Source: an uncultured Bacillales bacterium
Lineage (GTDB): Bacteria; Bacillota_I; Bacilli_A; RFN20; CAG-288
Reading direction: 5' to 3'
Length of the DNA stretch: 64,000 nucleotides
Assembly (NCBI GenBank): GCA_937896065.1
Contig: CALBLI010000060.1
Span: forward strand, 1,990-65,989
In this document: positions 59,166-64,000 of the stretch, in pieces
Layout: every line of letters starts with the position of its first letter
How positions within the stretch are numbered: position 1 is the first letter of the stretch
Made by a program: the position numbers and the translations under genes
The notes under the pieces: generated by a model
What the model saw: the letters and a program-made list of their open reading frames with translations, nothing else
Told to the model about the DNA's origin: nothing
Databases searched by the model: none

Positions 59166-60977
59166 ATGGCTAGTAAAAAGAAACCAAACAAACCTGGTTT
59201 TAAAGGACAACAACAAGCAAAAGTTGAAAACGGTGTTTTCACTTATAGCGGTTCTTTAACATTAGATCAATTATGTAAGAAAATTGGCATTTCAGCTGTT
59301 GATGTTATCAAATCATTCATGATGAAAGGTAAATTGATATCTTTAAATACTGTTTTAAGTGAGGATTTAGTTGCTGAAGTGTGCATTGAAAACAATCTTG
59401 ATTTTAAAAAAGAGGTCAACGCATCAGTTGATGACTTTACAACTATTGATATTTTTAATAAAGAAGAAGATAAAGACCCTCGTCCTTGTATTGTCACTGT
59501 AATGGGTCATGTTGACCATGGTAAGACAACTTTAGTTGATGCTATTCGTCACTCCAGAATCACTGAAGGTGAAAGTGGTGGTATCACTCAAGCAATTGGT
59601 GCTTATCAAAAAACAGTCAATGGTAAAAAGATAACTTTCTTAGATACTCCAGGGCATGAAGCATTCACAGCTATGAGAGCACGTGGTGCTAAAATGACTG
59701 ATATTGTTGTTTTAGTTGTTGCTTACGATGATGGTGTTAAACCACAAACTATTGAAGCTATCAATCATGCTAAAGCTGCTAATGTACCTATCATTGTTGC
59801 AATCAACAAAATGGATAAACCTGGTGCTAATGCTGAAAAAGTTTTGACACAACTTACCGCTCAAGATCTCCTTCCTGAAAAGTGGGGTGGTAACACCATG
59901 ACTTATGAAATATCAGCTAAACAGAATAAAGGCATTGATGAATTATTAGAAGGCATTTTAACTCAAGCTGAGATATTAGAACTAACTGCTAACAATAATA
60001 AGAAAGCAGTCGGTGGTGTAATTGAGGCTAAACTTGATAAAAAAGAAGGGGCTAAAGCTACTTTACTTGTCCAAAATGGATCATTACATGTTGGTGATTT
60101 TTTAGCAATTGGTGGTCTCTATTGTAAAGTCAGAAGAATGACAAACGAGTTTAATAAGCCAATTAAAGTTGCAACTCCATCTACTCCTGTTGTTATAACT
60201 GGTATTTCAGGTGTTCCATCAGCTGGTGATCGCTTTATGGCTTTTGATAGTGAGCAACAAGCAAGAGATGCTGCTAATACTCATGCCCAAGCACAATTTT
60301 TAAATAAAAATGATGGCGTATCACTTGCTTCAATTGCAAATTCTAGCGATGGAGAACAAAGTGTTCCAAATATTAATTTGATTGTTAAAACTGATACTCA
60401 AGGTTCACTTGAAGCCATTGTTTCTGAATTAAAATCAATTGATATACCTGGTACTAAATTAACGATTGTTCATTCAGCTGCAGGTGAAGTATCACAATCT
60501 GATATCTCCCTTGCTGAGACAAGTAAATCAATTATTGTTGCTTTTAATTTAAAAACTTCGGCTCAGATTTTAGATTTAGCTAAAGAAAGAAAAATTGAAG
60601 TTAGAAGTTATGATGTTATCTATCATTTACAAGAAGATATTGAAAATGCCTTGAAAGGTAAACTGGGCCCTGTTTATGAAGAAGTTATTTATGGTCACTT
60701 GACTGTTAGAAACCTTTTTAAAGCCAGTAAAATCGGCCAGATTGCAGGTTGCATTGTAAGTGATGGTAAAATACCTTCTTCTAGTAAAATAAGAGTTTAT
60801 CGAGATGATGAGCTTGTTATAACCTCATCCCTTTCATCGTTAAAGAGATTTAAAGATGATGTTAAGGAAGTTTTAGAAGGGTTTGAATGTGGTGTCACTA
60901 TCAAAGATAATTTTAATTTAGAAGTTGGCGACATTTTAGAAGCCTTTGGCATGGAGATTGTCAAAGATGGCAGATAA
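59166..60977 (+). CDS. infB: Translation initiation factor IF-2 (short form, 603 aa)
   Basis: G-domain motifs [18 protein letters not shown]; RBS GGAGGGtaaaatATG. Confidence 0.93.
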   Translation: MASKKKPNKPGFKGQQQAKVENGVFTYSGSLTLDQLCKKIGISAVDVIKSFMMKGKLISLNTVLSEDLVAEVCIENNLDFKKEVNASVDDFTTIDIFNKEEDKDPRPCIVTVMGHVDHGKTTLVDAIRHSRITEGESGGITQAIGAYQKTVNGKKITFLDTPGHEAFTAMRARGAKMTDIVVLVVAYDDGVKPQTIEAINHAKAANVPIIVAINKMDKPGANAEKVLTQLTAQDLLPEKWGGNTMTYEISAKQNKGIDELLEGILTQAEILELTANNNKKAVGGVIEAKLDKKEGAKATLLVQNGSLHVGDFLAIGGLYCKVRRMTNEFNKPIKVATPSTPVVITGISGVPSAGDRFMAFDSEQQARDAANTHAQAQFLNKNDGVSLASIANSSDGEQSVPNINLIVKTDTQGSLEAIVSELKSIDIPGTKLTIVHSAAGEVSQSDISLAETSKSIIVAFNLKTSAQILDLAKERKIEVRSYDVIYHLQEDIENALKGKLGPVYEEVIYGHLTVRNLFKASKIGQIAGCIVSDGKIPSSSKIRVYRDDELVITSSLSSLKRFKDDVKEVLEGFECGVTIKDNFNLEVGDILEAFGMEIVKDGR

Positions 60978-61989
60978 AAAGGGAAGAGTCAATGAAGTAA
61001 TCAGAAGAAATCTTTCTGAAATCATCATCTATGAACTTAAAAATGAATTGACTCATTACTGCTCAATAAATGGTGTATTTACTACCAAAGATTATTCATA
61101 TTGCAAAGTATATGTTTCTCACATCGATGAAAATAAAAATGAAAATTTAGTTAACTTTTTAAATAAAAGAAAAGGTCAAATAAGATCGATGCTTTCTAAA
61201 AGATTATCAATTTATAAGACTCCAGAACTCATCTTTGTTATTGATACAAACGTCATCAATATGAATCATATTGAAAAGTTAGTTAAAGAAGCTAATGAAA
61301 GTAAAATGTACACTTTAAAAGATTATAAAAATGATCAAAAGAAAAAATTAAAAAATACTTATGATCATCTTTTAAAAGACATAAAAAAATTAGCTATCAA
61401 AAAAATAGTTAAAAATAACATCACTAAATATAATTTAAAATCAAAAGATTTAAAATCACTTGTTGATAAATATGAATTTTTAGATATTAAAGAGATTGAA
61501 CTTGATAAAATTTATGAACTTAATCTTTTATATTTTTCTATTTATTTAAATAATAAAAAAGATTTATCTTCACAAGTATCATTTATCTTGGAAAATGCTG
61601 ATTACTTGCTAGATAAAAAATTAGTTGATTTTATTTCTAACTATATTTTTATTTCCTCATTAAAGGATAATGCAACTACTTTAACATCATTTACAATTGG
61701 TTCTCCTTTAACTAAAAGATTAAGATATGAAATACTTATCAATTATGTAAATAAATTGAACATTGATAGACTCCTTCATCTTTTAAATGATGAAGAAGAA
61801 AAAGTTGTAATTGAAATGGAAGTTAAACTGATTGATAAATTATATACTGAAGATAAAAACAAAGTTATCAACTTTATATCAACTGTATCTTTTAATGAAA
61901 AATTATTAAGAGGAATAATAAAAAAACTAACTAAAAATGAATTTTCTAAAGAGAGAGATATAAATATTTTAGAGAATTTAATCTCGTAA
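60967..61989 (+). CDS. rbfA: Ribosome-binding factor A with a ~230-aa K/N/L-rich C-terminal extension
   Basis: First ~115 aa is canonical RbfA (..RVNEVIRRNLSEII..); the frame stays open for 341 codons in AT-rich DNA; the ATG at 60967 overlaps the infB stop. Confidence 0.75.
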   Translation: MADKKGRVNEVIRRNLSEIIIYELKNELTHYCSINGVFTTKDYSYCKVYVSHIDENKNENLVNFLNKRKGQIRSMLSKRLSIYKTPELIFVIDTNVINMNHIEKLVKEANESKMYTLKDYKNDQKKKLKNTYDHLLKDIKKLAIKKIVKNNITKYNLKSKDLKSLVDKYEFLDIKEIELDKIYELNLLYFSIYLNNKKDLSSQVSFILENADYLLDKKLVDFISNYIFISSLKDNATTLTSFTIGSPLTKRLRYEILINYVNKLNIDRLLHLLNDEEEKVVIEMEVKLIDKLYTEDKNKVINFISTVSFNEKLLRGIIKKLTKNEFSKERDINILENLIS

Positions 61990-62832
61990 CAAGCTGACAA
62001 GATGATATATATCATCTTGTTTTTTATATAAGGCAATCAATGCGTCACCATGTTTAAAAAATATCGTTTCTTCTTTATAATCTAATTTTAAAACATTCCC
62101 ATTTTTTATAAGTTTTAAAAGCTTATCATTTTGAACATCTATTCTTTTTATATCTTTAAACATATCTTCAATTTTAATCAAAGAAGAAAAATCAACATCA
62201 TTAATTTTTTTGGCATCACTTACTTTATATTTACCAATTTCTTCTCTCCTTAAATAATTTAAATATCCAACTGTATTGAGTTTTTTTGCAATATCTAGAC
62301 CAAGTTGTCTTATATAGCAGCCTTTAGAAACAGTTGTTTTAAAAGTGATTTCATCATTTTTATAATCTAAAAGTTTTATATCATAGATGTAAATCTCTTT
62401 TTCAAGGAGTTTAAAATCAACATTGTTTCTTGCAAGCTCATATGCTCTTTTACCATTTACATGAACTGCTGAATATTTAGGCGGTATTTGTTTATTTTTA
62501 CCAAGCATGCTATTAAAAACATCTAATATTTCTTCTTCAGCGATTTCCTTTCTATCTACTATGTTAATTATTTTACCTGTATTATCTAAAGTATCAGTTT
62601 CTTTATTTAATACAAGTTTTGCTACATATGTCTTCTTTTCTTCATCTATGACTTTAAATAATTTGGTTGCTTCATTAATACCAATTATTAATAATCCAGT
62701 TGCAAAAGGATCCAAAGTACCAAGATGCCCTACTTTTTTTGTATTAAAAATTCTTTTGACTTTGTAATCAACATCATTAGAAGTTAAAGAAACATCTTTA
62801 TCTATTAACAAAAAACCACTTTTCATAATCAA
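61978..62832 (-). CDS. truB: tRNA pseudouridine(55) synthase TruB
   Basis: Catalytic-Asp motif GHLGTLDPFATGLL; 284 aa; convergent with rbfA and overlapping it by 12 nt. Confidence 0.88.
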   Translation of the reverse strand: MIMKSGFLLIDKDVSLTSNDVDYKVKRIFNTKKVGHLGTLDPFATGLLIIGINEATKLFKVIDEEKKTYVAKLVLNKETDTLDNTGKIINIVDRKEIAEEEILDVFNSMLGKNKQIPPKYSAVHVNGKRAYELARNNVDFKLLEKEIYIYDIKLLDYKNDEITFKTTVSKGCYIRQLGLDIAKKLNTVGYLNYLRREEIGKYKVSDAKKINDVDFSSLIKIEDMFKDIKRIDVQNDKLLKLIKNGNVLKLDYKEETIFFKHGDALIALYKKQDDIYHLVSLLRD

Positions 62833-63314
62833 GGTAAGATAATAAGAAGAATTAAATCAACTATATATTTAATTAATAGCAAAATACATATTAGATCTAA
62901 TGATGTTATACATAGATAATAATCACGAGCAGAATCATAAATTTTTATTCTATTTTCACTTTTGCGTTCCATTATTTTTGGTGTGATTATAATATTTAAA
63001 ATTGGTGGTACAACTAAAGAAATAGCAATATATGTCATTGTTAATGGAACATAAAAATCATAACCTGACAAATAGATGAAATTACTAGGAAAGAAGACCA
63101 CATAGAATAAATATATAACTATTGTGTATATAATATATAACAATGAAAGAAGAGTCATTTTTATTTTAACTGAGCGGATATAATTTTTATCTTTAATGCT
63201 ATTTGAGTATTTTCTAAAAGAGCTCTTTGAAAAGAAGTCTTTTCTGTAAACTAAAAAATAGCTCAAAATTATCAAACTAGTTATAACAAGCACAGTAATA
63301 TTTAAAATCATCAA
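62829..63314 (-). CDS. Hypothetical membrane protein (4-5 TM helices)
   Basis: Hydrophobic open frame immediately upstream of and overlapping truB. Confidence 0.5.
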   Translation of the reverse strand: MMILNITVLVITSLIILSYFLVYRKDFFSKSSFRKYSNSIKDKNYIRSVKIKMTLLSLLYIIYTIVIYLFYVVFFPSNFIYLSGYDFYVPLTMTYIAISLVVPPILNIIITPKIMERKSENRIKIYDSARDYYLCITSLDLICILLLIKYIVDLILLIILP

Positions 63315-63361
63315 ATTATTTTAATTAAGTATTTTGAATTAGTAAAGTATATAATTAAATA

Positions 63362-63390
63362 TTGCATTAATTGTCCAAATATTTTATAAT
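63362..63390 (+). promoter_or_regulatory. Promoter TTGCAT-17-TATAAT for rpsO
   Basis: -35 at 63362-63367, -10 at 63385-63390; ~80-nt leader before the rpsO RBS AGAGGT. Confidence 0.55.
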
Positions 63391-63478
63391 ATTCATCGTC
63401 GTTTGACTGGTTTTTAGCTCGACTCCTTTATCACTTCTAACTGGTTAAATTGATTGCATTTAAAAGAGGTAAATTAAA

Positions 63479-63751
63479 ATGGCACTTTCTAAAGAAGAAA
63501 AGACTAAAGTTATCACTGATAACAAATTATCTGACAAAGATACAGGCTCATGTGAAGTTCAAATTGCTTTACTCACAAAAAGAATTCAAAAATTAACAAC
63601 TCACATGATTGCTAATAAGCATGATTATTCTTCAAAAAGAGGTATGGACATTCTTATTGCAAGAAGAAAGAATCTTCTTTCTTATTTAAAATCAGTTGAT
63701 ACTGATAGATATTTAGCTTTAACTAAGAAATTAGGCTTAAAAGCTAACTAA
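63479..63751 (+). CDS. rpsO: 30S ribosomal protein S15
   Basis: 90 aa; conserved ..GSCEVQIALLTKRIQ.LT.H...KHD..S.RG....RR.LL.YL. Confidence 0.93.
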   Translation: MALSKEEKTKVITDNKLSDKDTGSCEVQIALLTKRIQKLTTHMIANKHDYSSKRGMDILIARRKNLLSYLKSVDTDRYLALTKKLGLKAN

Positions 63752-63771
63752 TAATCATTTGTTTATTATTA

Positions 63772-63806
63772 AACTTGCTACTAAAGGATAGCAAGTTTTT
63801 TATTTT
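63772..63806 (+). terminator. Rho-independent terminator after rpsO
   Basis: Stem aacttgcta / tagcaagtt with loop ctaaagga, followed by ttttttatttt. Confidence 0.75.
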
Positions 63807-63872
63807 AAACGCTTTATTTCTATCTTAATTTATAAAAATTATTTATAATAATAGTTGTTTTAGGAGGTGTAT

Positions 63873-64000
63873 TATGAATGATACCATTAGGCATATTTTA
63901 GCAAGAAGATCATATCGTCAATTTAATGAAAATGTTGTATTAGAAGATGACTTTGAAATCATTTTAAAATGTGGTATTTATGCACCTACTGGAAGAAATA
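63873..64000 (+). CDS. Nitroreductase-family protein, 3'-partial at the window edge
   Basis: RBS AGGAGGtgtattATG; N-terminal ..ILARRSYRQF.. is typical of NAD(P)H nitroreductases. Confidence 0.65.

Noticed and set aside
543-62767. Numerous 60-140 aa ORFs in the track lie antisense to or nested inside long genes (e.g. 543..731, 1723..1968, 4014..4217, 6530..6805, 14080..14418, 16384..16677, 19738..20100, 26340..26639, 31485..31667, 53875..53303-type, 58451..58663)
   Set aside because: They overlap well-supported long CDSs on the other strand or in another frame, have no RBS, and are the usual AT-rich-genome artefacts. They are not reported as genes.
1-64000. Scan for CRISPR arrays, rRNA genes, transposases/IS elements and integrases
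   Set aside because: No regularly spaced direct repeats, no rRNA signature sequences, and no transposase- or integrase-like ORFs were seen. The tRNA-Arg repeat pair is the only mobile-element-like footprint.

Overview
This 64 kb window is very AT-rich (about 25-30% GC by eye) and looks like a low-GC Firmicutes/Mollicutes-type chromosome. Long ORFs such as alaS, topA, priA and a 1574-aa surface protein are uninterrupted, so the standard code (UGA = stop) is in use. That argues against Mycoplasma or Spiroplasma and points to an Acholeplasma-, Erysipelotrichia- or RF39-like anaerobe, which fits the FprA flavodiiron protein, the EFR1 ferredoxin and a nitroreductase.

Core housekeeping blocks:
- a sufCDSUB Fe-S cluster operon followed by mnmG;
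- priA;
- a dprA-topA-xerC block;
- cdaA-deoD;
- rnhB-rbgA;
- alaS-ruvX;
- rimP-nusA-ylxR-infB-rbfA with a convergent truB;
- rpsO.

Between mnmG and priA lies an accessory segment of about 14 kb (roughly 10.8-24.6 kb). It contains:
- four tRNA genes, all for G-ending or rare codons (Leu-CAG, Arg-CCU, Leu-UAG, Ala-CGC);
- a 600-aa protein with two OST-HTH/LOTUS-like domains and a DUF3825-like domain;
- a GC-richer DUF4143 AAA+ ATPase;
- a 3.2 kb segment carrying a DUF362-family protein and a secreted tandem Ig-like protein, bracketed by an ~89% identical direct repeat of the tRNA-Arg 3' half plus downstream flank;
- an EFR1 ferredoxin;
- a 1574-aa BspA-type leucine-rich-repeat lipoprotein.

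Other notable items:
- a candidate Type II restriction-modification pair (m5C methyltransferase plus an uncharacterised PD-ExK-like partner);
- xerC reading without a stop codon into a HAD-family gene that keeps its own RBS and ATG;
- a NERD-domain membrane protein;
- a four-gene block of unknowns after priA;
- a leaderless zinc-ribbon microprotein abutting priA;
- an intrinsic-terminator attenuator in the nusA operon leader;
- RbfA carrying a 230-aa C-terminal extension.

No rRNA genes, CRISPR arrays, transposases or integrases were recognised.
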